From Conidiobolus incongruus B7586 (lineage: Eukaryota), in assembly GCA_000697335.1 (NCBI GenBank), contig JNEM01008412.1, positions 1 through 48,889 of the forward strand: a stretch of 48,889 bases of DNA. Direction: 5' to 3'. Below, piece after piece: positions 25,615 through 39,783 of this stretch. The translations under genes were made by a program, and so were the position numbers. Under the pieces are notes generated by a model. It saw nothing but the letters and a program-made list of their open reading frames with translations, was not told the DNA's origin and did no database searches. The first letter of the stretch is position 1. Every line of letters starts with the position of its first letter.

Positions 25615-28600
25615 ATGGATCAATTAGAACATGCTCTGAATATTGCCTTCGGCCAAGCTACCAACTTGGAAATGCAACAACAGGTAAATTTTATTCTATT
25701 ATATTCATATTGTTATTTTATTTTATTACAAAAATGCTTCTAATCATAATAAGTTTATTCTACCTATTTTGATAATAATATATTCGCAACAAAAGTCAAT
25801 AAAAATATTATTTTGAATATTTCGACATTTTGTATAACTTTGATAGTTCTTTAATTTTTTTTTAATTCGAAATAATAAATCAGAAATTTAATAATTATGT
25901 CGTTTTTAGGCTCTACAATACTGCGAACAGTTGAAGCAATCTGATGAAGGTATCCAGTTGAGTATCGAGGCTTTCACTCAAATTCCCAAGCGGTATTTTA
26001 TATGACTTAATTTTATTTTTAGTAAAAATATACTAATAGTTTTTTATAGCAATCCTCATATTCGTCAGTTTGCTTTACAAGTTTTAGAGTATCAATTAAG
26101 CCAAAGGTATATAATTTAGAATATTTATTTTAATGATAATATTAATTAATCAATTTTAGATTCTCTCAAATGAGTGTAGAGCATTTGATGTGGATTAGAG
26201 AGCAGTTATGGAATTATTTATTGAATTGCTATGTTAACTCTGATCAACCTGACGAATCCTGTAATACAAATGAATATATATTCATTTTCACATTATTCAC
26301 TAATTTTTATATAGTCATTGAAACCAAATTTTCTATTGTCATGGCTCATTTATTCAGAAGATTGTATATGGATCACTGGAGCTCTTTCTTCCAAGATTTG
26401 CTTACTTTACTCAATGTCAACCAAGATCCTCTCACTCCTAAATCAGTTAGAATGACCTATTTCTTTTTGAGAGTTATGATTGCTATTGATCAAGAAGTTG
26501 TTGATTTAACTACTGCTCGCTCTAAAGATGAAATCAATTTGAATACTAACTTAGTAAGTAGTAACCTCAATATTCATCAAGAATGTTGTATTTAATTATT
26601 TTTTATAGAAAGACAAAATGAGAGAAGGTGACCTTCAGCAATTAGTCCCTGTTTGGTTCCAAATCATCTATCTTTATCAGAATCATAACTATGATTTAGC
26701 TGTTCGCGCTTTCGAAGTCATGGGTGTTTATTCTGGTAAAATATAAAATTATAATTACAAAATTTCTATAAATTCATCCATGTATCTAGATTGGATTGAT
26801 ATCAATCTTGTTGTCACTGAACCATTTGTTAATTTAATGTTCCAAATGCTCCAAACTTCTCGCGATAATATTAGTTCTTTACAATTGAGAAATGCAGCAT
26901 GTGAATGTTTGATTAAGGTATTCTCCAATTTATTTATAAATGTAATATTAATTTACTGAATCCAATAATTATTTAGATTGTTAGCAAAGGTAAACGCCCC
27001 GCTGAGCAAGTTCAATTTATTCAGATGATTGGTGTTATAAAATTACTTCCTAATATTCCTAATGTAAACCAATTTTTAATTTTTTTCTTTTCAATATTAT
27101 GTAACCTTTGCTTTAGGACGATCCTGAGTTTGTTGAGCACGTCGCTAAGTTAACTAATGCTCTTGGTATTGAACTTCACACTGCATGGGATCAAGTAATT
27201 ACAGTATCGTATCACAACTATTACATATTTAACTATCTCTTTTTTAGACCAACGATCCTCAAGTGAAAGAAGCCTGTTACTCAATGATCGTTGAGCTTCA
27301 ACCCCATTTACTCAAATTCTTATCAGATGAATTTGACGACACCTCTAACTGTGTCTATCCATTTGTGAATGAATCTATCAACTTGGTAATTTTTATATTC
27401 AAAGTAATTCCTTTTCTTTATCTAATCTTTATTTAATAGTTGAAAAATCAACAAAAGAAATTGAAGCAGCCATTAACAACTGAACAAAATCAATTCCTTG
27501 AGAATTTATTAAAGGTGATCATTACTAAGATGAAATATGACCCAGATACTGAATGGGGTGACGATGCCGATGAAGATGAAGAAGCACTCTTTTATGATAT
27601 GCGTCGTCATTTGAAGACTTTCTTCGAAAGTATTGGTGCTCTTAATGAGCTTTTGTTCAACCAACATGTTTCTAACTTCGTTATCTCTGTGTTTTCAACT
27701 CCTGTTACTGCTGACTCTGACTGGACTCCTATCGAACTTGCTTTGTACTTGCTCAATAGCTATCGTGAAGTTAATAAGCGCCCTGCAGTCTTTGTTGATG
27801 AAAACAATGGCAATCAATTGACTCTTTTAGGTGTAATGGTAGAGAAGATGTTCACCAGTCAGGTGATGAACCATACTCACCCTTCTATCCACGTCGGATT
27901 CTTTGAAAATGTCATTCGCTATTACCAATTTTTGCAAATCAGACCTGATTTGGTTTTATCTGTGTTAACTCCTTTCTTAGATCAAAGGTAAATATCCTTT
28001 CAAATTATTTTGGCATGATATTAATTCCTCTTTAGAGGTGTATACAATCCATGTAACTCTGTTCGCTCTCGCATCTGGTATTTATTCTATAAATTTGTCA
28101 GAAATTTGAAAGCTGAGGTTGGAAAATTCACTGAACAAATTGTACCATCGCTTCAAAAAGCTCTTCACATTCGTGCTGAAGTACCTCCTCCTGGTTTTGG
28201 CGAAGTTTCAACTTCTCAGCATGAAAATACTGGTACTGAATTTGACAATCAACTCTACTTGTTTGAGGCTGTTGGCGCGTTGATTAGTTCTGCTGAACAT
28301 TTAAATGCTGAACAAACTAACAACTTCCTTGGTGTAAGTATTATGTCTATCGCTATAAACTTTTCTCTAATTTTTTTAGATGATCTTATCTCCTATGATT
28401 CGCGATATTCAAGCTGGTACTCAGCAGGCTAAGCAAGGTATTCCTGAGGATCCTCTTTTTATTCTCCAATTGAATCATATCGTAATGGCTATTGGCGGTG
28501 TCATCAAAGGTAAATATATTTATAATTACTTTACACACACTTGTTAATTATTTTAAAAAGGATTCCCTGATTTCTCTCCAGAGAACCCATCTGCATCTGC

Positions 28601-29813
28601 TCCCTATACACCCATTTTTAAACAAGCTGTGGAAGCTATCTTGCTCCTTCTTGAAGTTACCGGTCAATCTCACCTCATTCGTGATGCTGTAAGCGATTCA
28701 TTCTTATCTTAATAATTATATATTAATTATTTCTTAGTCTAGATACACCTTCTCCCGTCTCCTCGCTTGTGCTGGTCCTGAGATTTTGCCTTATCTTACT
28801 CATTTAATCAACGGTTTGCTTGGTGCATGTGAAATTGGTGAATTTTCTGACTTCTTAACCTTCATTGGCTTTGTTGCCTTCAAGTTCAAGGTGATCCAAT
28901 CAAGTTTAATATAAAATTTTCTCATTTTAACTTATTTTTTAGATTCAAATCGCTCCTGTCATGAATGAGTTACTTTCTATACTTGTCAAGAAAGCATTTG
29001 GATTTTTTGAGATTAATCCCAGTGGCACTGATGAAGCTAATTTACTCACTGAACTCAAGAAAACTTATCTCACTTTCTTGACTGCTATTTTCAATGCTGA
29101 TATGGAAGCTATTTTGAGATCACCAGGTATGATTAATTTTAGATTTCATTTCATATCTTCTCTAACAGCTTTGTAGCTAATCAACCAATTTTACCTGATG
29201 TCTTAAAATCTGTTGAACATTTTACCAAGGATATAAGATTGCCAGCTGTAAGTTTAGTAAATTTTCAGTTTTTTACTATTATTAACTTAATATTTCTAGA
29301 TTCAAAAATTAGCTTTCAATATCCTTTCTAAGATGATCATTACATGGTTAGGAGAAACTGATAAGCTTCGTGATCCTCCTATTACTGATGACTTCCGCAA
29401 CCAATTCTCAGAATTTGTCTTCAAGACAATTATTCCTTCTATGTTCTCAGTTATCTTATCTGCTGAATTCGATGTTGAGGATGCTCAATCTTTGATTGTA
29501 ACTATTATATGATTTTCTTAATTATGCATAGATATTGATTTTTATTTAGGTTCTCAACGAAAGTACTGCAATCCAAAAATCTCTCTTAGAGGTATCTGGC
29601 AATCGATTCTTGGAATACCTCCATCAATTTATCTTGCCTTCCTTCAATTTCTCTCCTGCTCACCAACAGGAGTATATCGAAGCTTTACAAAGCTTAGATG
29701 TCAAAGGATTTAGAAAATACTTTAGAGTAACATAATTTATGAATTATCATTAAGTCAATATATTAAACTTTATTTAGGAATTAATGAGATCTGCTAAATC
29801 CGCCAGAACATAA
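25615..29813 (+). CDS. LOS1: Exportin-T (tRNA nuclear export karyopherin), about 20 coding exons
   Basis: Spliced N-terminus MDQLEHAL...QQQALQYCEQLKQS...HIRQFALQVLE. Further exportin-T motifs: IDQEVVD...NTNLKDKMRE, WIDINLVV, DEFDDTS, FYDMRRHLK, FFENVIRY, RSRIWYLFYKFV, FDNQLYLFEAVG, GFPD, RDASRYTFSRL, SGTDE. TAA at 29811-29813. Confidence 0.9.
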
Positions 29814-30191
29814 CCTCCACTCTCAAAATCCCAGCCCCCACCATCAAAAAATTGATATCAAATTGAATAATTTGATTATTTAATATATTTTTTCAATATC
29901 ATTTTAGAGCCCCCCATCCTGTTACACTATTCGTTAATTTATCTACTACAGTCAAAAATTATTTTTCTGTAATTTGATTAATTAAAAATATAATAAATTA
30001 ATTTCTGTGTCATATAAAATTATTTTTTTATAATATTAGGTAATGGCTTTGGCAATTTATTATTATATATCTATATTTATTCATTTATGAATGAATTAAT
30101 ACAAATTACTCTAATTAATTTCATATTATTCACAATAACAATTAAAAATAATGTGATACATGAACAATGGCAGATAATAGGAATTAAAACT

Positions 30192-30664
30192 TTATTCATC
30201 ATATTTTGGTAATTCCAGCATCTTCTCAAGCTGTTGCATAGCATAACACATATTAGCAGTATCCTGAATCTGACCATTAACATTGGAAACAAAAGTTACT
30301 GATTGATTCATTGTCCCAGATTCACTAATGTGTTGAAATTGTTCTCTTAACAATAATTGAGCTTCCTAAATTTCAAATTAATATTCAATATTGAATAAAA
30401 ATGAATATAATTAATTACCTCCAACTCCTTTAAAAATTCATTAGTCTCAGTTTTTAAAACCTCTTGATTCGTTTGGATTTCGGCATTATTTTCGGTATCT
30501 TTAGGTATTGTTTCGATAATATCGGCCATTTGATTTAATAATCCAATAAATTTCTAAGTTATTAGGAATATAAGTTTGAATATTAAGGTAAGATTAGTGA
30601 ACTTTACTTTTTCAGCTTCTTGTAATTTTTCAATCCTTTGGGAAGTAGTTAGCGTTTCACTCAT
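30192..30664 (-). CDS. MED11: Mediator subunit MED11-like; exons 30664-30608, 30553-30419, 30365-30192
   Basis: Spliced protein MSETLTTSQRIEKLQEAEKKFIGLLNQMADIIETI...LKTETNEFLKELEEAQLLLREQFQHISE...LEKMLELPKYDE* has the size and heptad pattern of MED11. Introns are canonical. Confidence 0.65.
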
Positions 30665-31695
30665 CTTTTAATTAAATATTTATTGGTATAAAGGGAATTT
30701 TAAATGTTGAATTATATTTTTGGACTTTGCATATCACATTTATTTATGTTTTTGATTTTTGTTTTACTCTTAATTTCAAATTATGGGATTACATTATTTA
30801 AATTATCCAGATTCAAAATTAATTGTTTAGTTTTATTATTTTATTGTTAAAATTTTTATATACACTATAAAATTTACTCAAAGTATATATAATATTAATT
30901 CTAAGTATTTTATAAAGTTGAGCTAGAATAAATATTAATATTTTACAATAAATTATTGTTCTACCAATATATTCAATGAAATTTTAAACTAGAGCTCAAC
31001 GTTATTTAAAAATTAAATTTATTTGTAAAGCATTTTATTTTTTCTTTGCATGTATTATAATAGTTTGTTTTTCAATTTGGTCTCATTCAAATAATATTAT
31101 TAATTCCTTTCTTTCGTCGAATATGACCTTCATCTTTAATATATATATATAATAAAATATTTTAATTGGTTTTGATAATCATTAAGTTAAAATTATTCGG
31201 GCTAATTTTAAACCCTTTCATTATATAATCATTCCATTGTTATCTTTTGTCATAGAAATTAATCAAAATACATGCTTCGTATGCAATATATTTAGAAAGC
31301 TTTATTTTGATAAAATATGATATATTTAGTTAACTGATGATAACAATTCGAGAGTATATTATAATAAAGAAAAAAGGAAACAAAATATGATCAATTTTCA
31401 AATTTTCCAATAAATTTTTGGATCCATTCCAAATGATAGCAAAGTCCCATGTCATTGGCTAGAATTCCTCCAAATTCAAACTAAAATAGAGAACTTGAAA
31501 TTACCTATTGTAACTAATTCTTAATTCCATGTGATGAATCCTTTGGTGAATATACCGAACTTCAAAAAACATAGTTTTACTTAATAATATACAACAAAGA
31601 TCGGGGTTAATCTGTCATTTATTTTTCTAGCGTTTTCTCTCATACATTATATTTTCTTCCCTATATATATTTAGTGTGTAAATTTCTAATTAAAA

Positions 31696-32666
31696 ATGAA
31701 TCAACTGTCCAACATACTAGGATTAACCCAACTCCCCCAAGAACTACCGTTAATCTTAGCTACTGTAATATTCTTTACGGCACTTTACAATAATTCCAAA
31801 ACTGTACTTGAGAAATTATTCCTCGAACACTTTCAAAAATTAACGAATAAAGAAAAAAGTAATTGGCTGTTACACTTCGTTAGTTTTGTTGTGTCGGTGA
31901 TTTTAGTCACTTTGGCTATTCCTATATTATTGGATTCTAGGTTTAGCGACGAGCCTTTTACTTTTGTCACGACCTATTCCTCTAGAGTGATGAGCTTTGT
32001 TATTGGGTAAACACTATTATTTATAATATGATTTAATGATACTTACACACAGTCTATAGTTATTTCATTTGGGACATAATGATATGTATAATTAACGAAA
32101 GTCAAGGTTTTCAATTTATATTACATGGTGTAGTTTGCTTTTTCGCTTTTGTATCTACTTTAGTAATTTCATTTCAAATCTTATTATGATAAGTCATTTA
32201 TAATATTTTAGAAACCTGCTATGCATTACTTTGGAGCTGTAATATTATTATATGAATGTAGTACTCCATTTTTGAATATTAATTGGTTTTTAGTAATTTA
32301 TCATATATAATTATATTATCAATATTGATATTAATTAATTTTAGACCAAATTAGGTTATAATGGCTCCAAATTTCAATTAATCAATGGAATTTTGTTAAT
32401 TATCATATTTTTCATATTTAGAGTTTTATTCGGAATTTATTTTACAGTGTTTTTTATAGGTAATTTATCTCTCATATATCAGATCATTTATAAGTAACAT
32501 TGTATAATTAGTGTCATTGTTAACTCATCAACATCCACTGAACACAGTATTAACTTATTTCTATATCTTATTAAATTTGACGAGTACTGGTTTGAATTTA
32601 TTTTGGTTCTTCAAAATTATTCAAACTCTTGTAAATAAGTTAAATTCAAAACTGAAATCACAATAA
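31696..32666 (+). CDS. TLC (TRAM/LAG1/CLN8) domain membrane protein, TMEM56/TDA4-like; 5 exons
   Basis: NWLLHFVSFV, GYFIWD, FILHG, YECSTPFLNINWFLD, NGILL..FFIFRV and LNLFWFFKII across exons ~31696-32006, 32060-32162, 32212-32292, 32345-32458, 32512-32666. Confidence 0.87.
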
Positions 32667-33266
32667 ACAACTTTCGGTTGATATATTGATATTTTATATT
32701 GTTGAATTAATTGACATAGTATATCCTGATCATTGACTAAGTATATTTATACCCATTTTAAAAATTGGCCAAGTCATTGATACTTACTTGAGAATAATTT
32801 TGAATATTGCGCTTTATAAATTTATCTAAGGTTTATTAAGTTATATCAATGATGACTAGTACTTTATAAAGAAAAATGTACCCCTTTATCATTAATATAT
32901 TAAAGGAAAGGATACCCTAGATATATTATTCACAATTTTTTAGAAACCATTAATTTACCATATATTCAACTTTTCTCAAATATAAATTGCAAATAGCAAA
33001 TTGTTAATTGGTTCACACCACATGAAAAAAAGAAAATAATGAATTTAACTGGATAATGATCTGTTTTTTGGATATATTTAGAAAGAACTATTTTGTACTC
33101 AGAAACTCAAAATATCAAAACTAATTTAGAATTTTGAAAAAATTATATTGAATTAAGATTTCATATACTGTTTAAAAAGATTCTGAATGATTTACTTTTT
33201 TTGGTTCAGTTAAAATTATCAATATATTTAATATATAATAATATTTTAAGAATAATAACATAAATA

Positions 33267-34390
33267 ATGATTAACATAGTAATTACTGGAGCTAATGGGC
33301 AATAACCAATATATTCATATAGAATATAAATATCCAATAATCTGAAACAATATTCAGAGAATTAGGCATTGGTATCATACGTCGTCTTATAGAAAAAGTT
33401 CAAGAACCTACCTAAATCTTCGTCGGAGTTAGCAGTAATACGAAATTCGAGTATTGTGCAGACCAAGTTGTTTTGAACTTATGTATTCGTGACGTTGTCA
33501 AGTTGGAAGATGAATTGGTAACTTTGGTGCCTTGGATTTGTAGTGTAGAGACTGTCGATCGGGTAAAGACTGCTGTAGAGGTCTTAATTCAAAAGTTGAT
33601 TAAAATTTGTGTTGAATATTGGTTGTTAACAGTGTTTAGAGTTAATCATTTCGACTATTTGTTTCTTAACGCAGGTGCTATATTCAGTAGAGGTATTGAT
33701 CCAGTGAGACCCGTCAAATGCTTTTTCACTGATATGAAGGCGTGTTTCATCAACCTTCCATTTATTATCCACGACAATACCGCGATCACGTCAGACAATT
33801 TGTATGGTTACTTTGCGGTAAACGTATTCGGTCACTATTTACTAAGTCGTATGGTGGAAGACCCGATGTTCAAAGTACCCAATCCAAAAGTCATATGGAC
33901 CACATCACCCGAAGGTTTGCCCATATTCCTCAATATTGACGATATCCAATGCGTTAAGCGTGGAAATCCCCACGGAAGTACTAAATACCTCGTGAATTTG
34001 GCAAGTGCTCACTTGAACCAGAGGTACCAGCACCATAAAATGAATATCAGAAGCTATTTAGGCAATCCTAGCACCGTTTCAAGTAATATTGCAGGTGGAA
34101 TGGTTGGTGATTGCGCCTTCACCTAACTAGCTAAGCCTCTTATGCTCGCTACGAAATACATATTCAATATGGACAATATTCACTACAACGGCTATCAATC
34201 AGTAGTTGCTATGAATCATATCGTTGAAGTAGCCGATCTGAGTCCAGACAGTCGTTACGATAGTTTCACGGATCGTAACGGACACAGTTAGGTTGAGGAG
34301 ATGCTAATTCGTGACATTATTGACGAATCTCATATAGCTCAAGTTGGTGATTATTTAGATCGTCTGATTACTGAATTGGCCCCTAATTAA
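33267..34390 (+). pseudogene. ERG27: 3-keto-steroid reductase (ERG27/HSD17B7-like SDR) pseudogene
   Basis: MINIVITGANG-ELGIGIIRRL, DYLFLNAG, FAVNVFGHY, VIWTTS, DDIQC and DRNG motifs lie in one frame. In-frame stops at 33413 (TAA), 34124 (TAA) and 34289 (TAG). The first intron has a GC donor (33299-33357), and the catalytic YxxxK reads HGSTK. Confidence 0.8.
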
Positions 34391-35202
34391 GTAGATTTTT
34401 TAATTTGTTATTATTCATTTTTATTTTGAAATTCTAACATTAATTTAGCTATTTTTAATGTTCTATATTAAAATAGATGCAAATAGGGTTAATTGTAATA
34501 TCTTTATATTTAAAAAATTATAGTTCAATTTATTATACTAAAACGAAAAATTTAAACTACTAATAGCTAAATATGGTAATATCTATTTAAATATAAAGTA
34601 TGCTTTATGGACCTAACATATTCAAATTTCTTTTAACTTGATATTTTTTAATATTCAAAACCTTTGTAACTTATAATATATCTAATGGTCATTAAAATTT
34701 TTTGATAACTCTAATCTTTTAAGTATTTCTAAATATTGATATAATTTTAAAAAGTTGACAATCTCTAAATTATTTTAATAATTAAGATCATAATATTATT
34801 TACCTTGTGTATATCAATAATTACTGTAAGATATAATGATTTGATAATGTTTGTATAAAGCTTTATTGTTCAGATTTCACAAATAGCAAACTGAATTTCT
34901 TTCAATATTATTTATGCAATCAATTCCACTCTATCAATTTTCACATTATAAATATTCTCATCATCATTATTTCCATGATTAATATAACTTCAATGAAATT
35001 AAGAATAATCCCACAAAAGTATTCAAGAAAACTGAAATTAAAATAGATATTCTCCCTAAAATTAATAAATGTTTTAATAAAATCAAAAAATCTAACAATA
35101 TTTATTATTTTGACTAATTTTTTCAAGTCCAAAAACAATATAAATATCGAAAAACCAATATTAAATATATAAATCAAAAAATTCAAAATTTTATAAATAA
35201 TT

Positions 35203-35236
35203 AATAGATCTTAATTGAATTGAATAGATCTTAATT
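35203..35236 (+). repeat. 14-bp direct repeat AATAGATCTTAATT x2 immediately before the MTO1 ATG
   Basis: Identical copies at 35203-35216 and 35223-35236. Confidence 0.7.
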
Positions 35237-35239
35237 AAA

Positions 35240-37714
35240 ATGTTAAATCAACAATTTCAAAAATTATTAAGAACAAGGAGTGTTCAATGTACGATTAATC
35301 AATTATTAAAAACCAAATTAAGGCAAAATCAATGGCATAACTGTACTAGAACTTTATCAACTACTACCAAGACTAAAGCTGAAGTCGATGCTACCACTAG
35401 CTTTATGCCTATTGTAAATGACGATACTCCATATTACGACGTTGTAGTTATAGGCGGAGGCCACGCAGGGTGCGAAGCGAGTTCTGCGAGTGCGAGAATG
35501 GGCGTGAATACACTACTACTCACCCAAAAGAAGGAAACTATTGGTGAATTGAGCTGTAACCCCAGCTTGGGTGGTGTCGGCAAGGGTATTTTAGTTAGGG
35601 AGATTGATGCTTTGGACGGGGTTTGTGGTAAAGTTGGAGGTAATTGAATTTTTGATGATGTTTTGAATATTGGCTTATATACGATACATTTAGATTTGGC
35701 AGGCATTCAATTTACTGTGTTGAATAGATCAAAAGGACCTGCTGTCTATGTAAATACCACTGAAATCATATTTATTAAAATAGTTAATTAAGTTTTAATA
35801 GGGTCCAAGAGCTCAACTCGATCGCAAATTGTACAAATATCATATGCAAAAGATTTTGGACAAACAGCCAAATTTAACCATTCGCGAGGGCTCTGCATAC
35901 GATATCCTTCTGGAAGATGGAAAAATTGCTGGTGTCCAATTGCAAGATGGCGCCAAAATTCTTTGTAACAACGTGATTTTGACCACTGGTACATTCTTGA
36001 GAGGAGAAATTCATATTGGTTAATACATAGCAATTATAAGTTATTAGTTTGATATTAATATTTTGTAATTATATAGGTTTAACAGTATATCCAGCTGGCA
36101 GAATCAACGAACAACCCACCTTAGGGTTATCCGAATCCCTTATGAAAGCTGGATTTGCACTTGGAAGAATGAAGACTGGTACACCTCCCAGATTGGATGG
36201 CAATACCATCGACTACACCAACTTAACACCCCAGCCTGGCGAAAATCCACCTCAGCCATTCTCATTCATGCACAAAACAGTTCCTAATGCCAATAATCAG
36301 ATCATGTGCCACCAGACTAAGACTAACGAAAGGTCGCATCAGGTCATTCGCGATAATTTCGATCGCAATGTACATATTAGGGAAAGTGTCAAGGGTCCCA
36401 GATACTGTCCCAGTATCGAGAGTAAGGTCATTCGCTTTAAGGAGAAGTTGGGTCATAATATTTGGTTAGAACCCGAGGGTAACGTCTTCTACATATGCAC
36501 TATTTCAATATACTTATATTTTCTTTTAGGCTTGGATACCAACGTTGTCTATCCCAACGGTATTTCCAATACTATGGAAGCCGAAGAGCAGTTACGTTTC
36601 CTTCGTACTATCAAAGGCCTTGAAAATGTAACAATGTTAAGACCTGGTTACGGTGTCGAATACGATCATATCGACCCTCGTGAATTGCAATCTAGTTTGG
36701 AGACCAAAAAGATTCCTGGCTTATTTATGGCTGGTCAAATTAATGGTACCACAGGTTATGAGGAAGCTGCTGCTCAGGTATATAGATTTAAACCATTATT
36801 CAAAACCTTTATTAACAATTTGATAGGGCATTATTGCCGGTATTAACGCAGGTTGTCGCAGTCAAGGAAGAGCTCCATTTATTTTGGATCGTGGCGACGC
36901 TTACATCGGTGTATTGATTGACGATCTTGTGACCAAGGGTGTTGAAGAACCTTATAGAATTTTCACATCTAGATCGGAATATAGACTTTCTTTGCGATCG
37001 GATAATGCCGATTTGAGATTGACAGAACGAGGTAATTCATATAGTTTAAATGATTATTAAACTGAACTCATTAGTCCATCAATAATTAGGCTACCAAACA
37101 GGCTGCGTCAGTCAAGAACGCTACCAAGCCACCAAGGACATCCAACGCCAAATTGAAGCTGGGATTGATGAATTGCGCAATATTCGCTACTCTTCCCGCC
37201 ATTGGAATAGTTTAGGGTTCCCCATCTCTCCCAATGGTCATCATCAAACCGCTTACGAAATGCTCAAATTCAACGGTGTGAAGTGGGACGATTTCGTCAA
37301 CTCTCTTCCCCAATTGAAGGATTGGGATCCGCGTGTCCAGCAAAGTGTTTGGATTGAAGGTAAATTCAATATCTATTTAATTATTGTTATATTTATAAAT
37401 AATTTAGGCATGTATCAAAGTTACATCTTCCAACAGAATGATGATATTAAAAATCTCAAATTGAATGCCAGTTTGAAGATTCCTTTGACTATTGATTATA
37501 ACAAGTAACATTATCATATTCTAATAAATAATTAACACTAACCAATCACTCTAGATTTAATTTAAGTACTGAGGACAAAACCATCCTCATGCGCTGTAAG
37601 CCCACCACCCTTCAGCAAGCTCAATCCATCCCCGGACTCTCGCCTGCCGCCGTCATCAGACTGATGAAAGTAGTGAGAAAGCTCAATCACTACGAATCCG
37701 GCTCAAGAGCTTAG
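35240..37714 (+). CDS. MTO1: Mitochondrial tRNA wobble-U modification enzyme MTO1 (GidA/MnmG family); about 9 exons
   Basis: Arg/Thr-rich presequence, then [76 protein letters not shown] and [17 protein letters not shown] at 37712-37714. Confidence 0.95.
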
Positions 37715-37901
37715 TCATTGTTATTTATTTATATTTATATATAGACTTTAATAAAAAATTAAAATATTGTTAATACAATATCATCTGGTTGGGATTAATC
37801 CCTTAAATTTAAAATTAATTGATTAGAATTTAAATATTGCTAATGGATAATTTCATTGAATAAGTTTAATTAATTTAAAATTAACATACATATCATATTT
37901 A

Positions 37902-38788
37902 ATGAGGTGCACATTCATCATTCATAATCTTTAGTAAAATACATTAATAAAATGTTTATTAGTTCTCAAATACAAATCAGTTCAAGTAGTCTTGTATGTC
38001 AAGATGCTATTATTGAGGGCAAAGTGACTATTGGTAATAATAATTGATTGGATTTATATATTTGTATATTCATATACTAAAAAAAATAAGGTTCAGGTAA
38101 TATCCTTCACCACCGCTGTCGTATAATAGCGCGCAAAGGTCCTATCATTATCGGTGACAAGAATATCTTCGAGGAGCATAGTACCATAATCAACAAGTAA
38201 TTTAACCATTGTTAATTAAGATTTATATTAAATGTATTTAGTGGTATTGAACCCATGATAATCGGTAACGAAAATTTATTCGAGACTTCAAGCTGTAAGT
38301 TTTTAACAACAGGTTGAAATTTGGATACTAATGAGATTTTTAGATGTTGATACTAGTAATATCGGTAACCAAAATATTATCGAAATTAAAGGTAATAACT
38401 ACCAACATTTGACCAAACTATTATGACTCATGGGTGATTAGCTACTGTTCAATCCCACACAAAAATTGATAATAATGTAATAATTGGAATTGGTACTTGT
38501 ACATTGCCGGATATGGAATTAGAGGATTTAAGTGTAATTTATGGTGAAGAGAATACCTTGAGGAAGCAGTTTAAACCTGTTAATGTAATATTATATTTTT
38601 TATGTTATTATGAATACAATAATTATTGATGACTATGGTTATAGATGGTGAGTCATTCTAGACATTTGAATTATCTTAAAGAGGTAAACAATATTAATAT
38701 AAATTTTAAATATAATATAAATTAATGTTGTTTCTGCTTTTTATAGAATTTAAACAGATATAAGCATAACAGAAGGCAGGGACATTAA
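37902..38788 (+). CDS. DCTN6: Dynactin subunit 6 (p27), left-handed beta-helix protein; multi-exon, start at 37902 or 37952
   Basis: Spliced SSLVCQDAIIEGKVTIGSGNILHHRCRIIARKGPIIIGDKNIFEE...PMIIGNENLFE...IGNQNIIEIK...VIYG...HLNYLKE. Absent from the ORF track because the exons are short. Confidence 0.85.
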
Positions 38789-39006
38789 ATGAATTTTTTT
38801 ATCTAGAATCAATTATGTATTATATATGAAAAATAATTGAAAATTTTCGAAATATATTATTTTTTTATTTATATCCAAAGGTATAATACAGTTTACTAAA
38901 ATCAGTGATATTTAAAATAAGAAAACTTCAATTTCAATCATAAAACTCTTTCATGTTCATAATAGATAAATAAAATTTAATATGAAACATTTATTATATT
39001 AAATAA

Positions 39007-39783
<777 letters not shown>

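Noticed and set aside
30077..30292. Cys/His-rich 71-aa ORF as a RING or zinc finger
   Set aside because: It is an alternative frame over MED11 exon 3 and its 3' UTR, and the Cys spacing does not fit a RING.
33413..34291. Genome-wide reassignment of TAA/TAG stop codons
   Set aside because: Well-conserved genes in the window (NOT1, BET3, MTO1, SER1) end at TAA or TAG where expected and contain no internal stops.
21007..37714. tRNA-themed cluster (tRNA-Ser, exportin-T, MTO1)
   Set aside because: The three are separated by unrelated genes, and MTO1 acts on mitochondrial tRNAs while LOS1 exports nuclear ones. Coincidence is the simplest reading.
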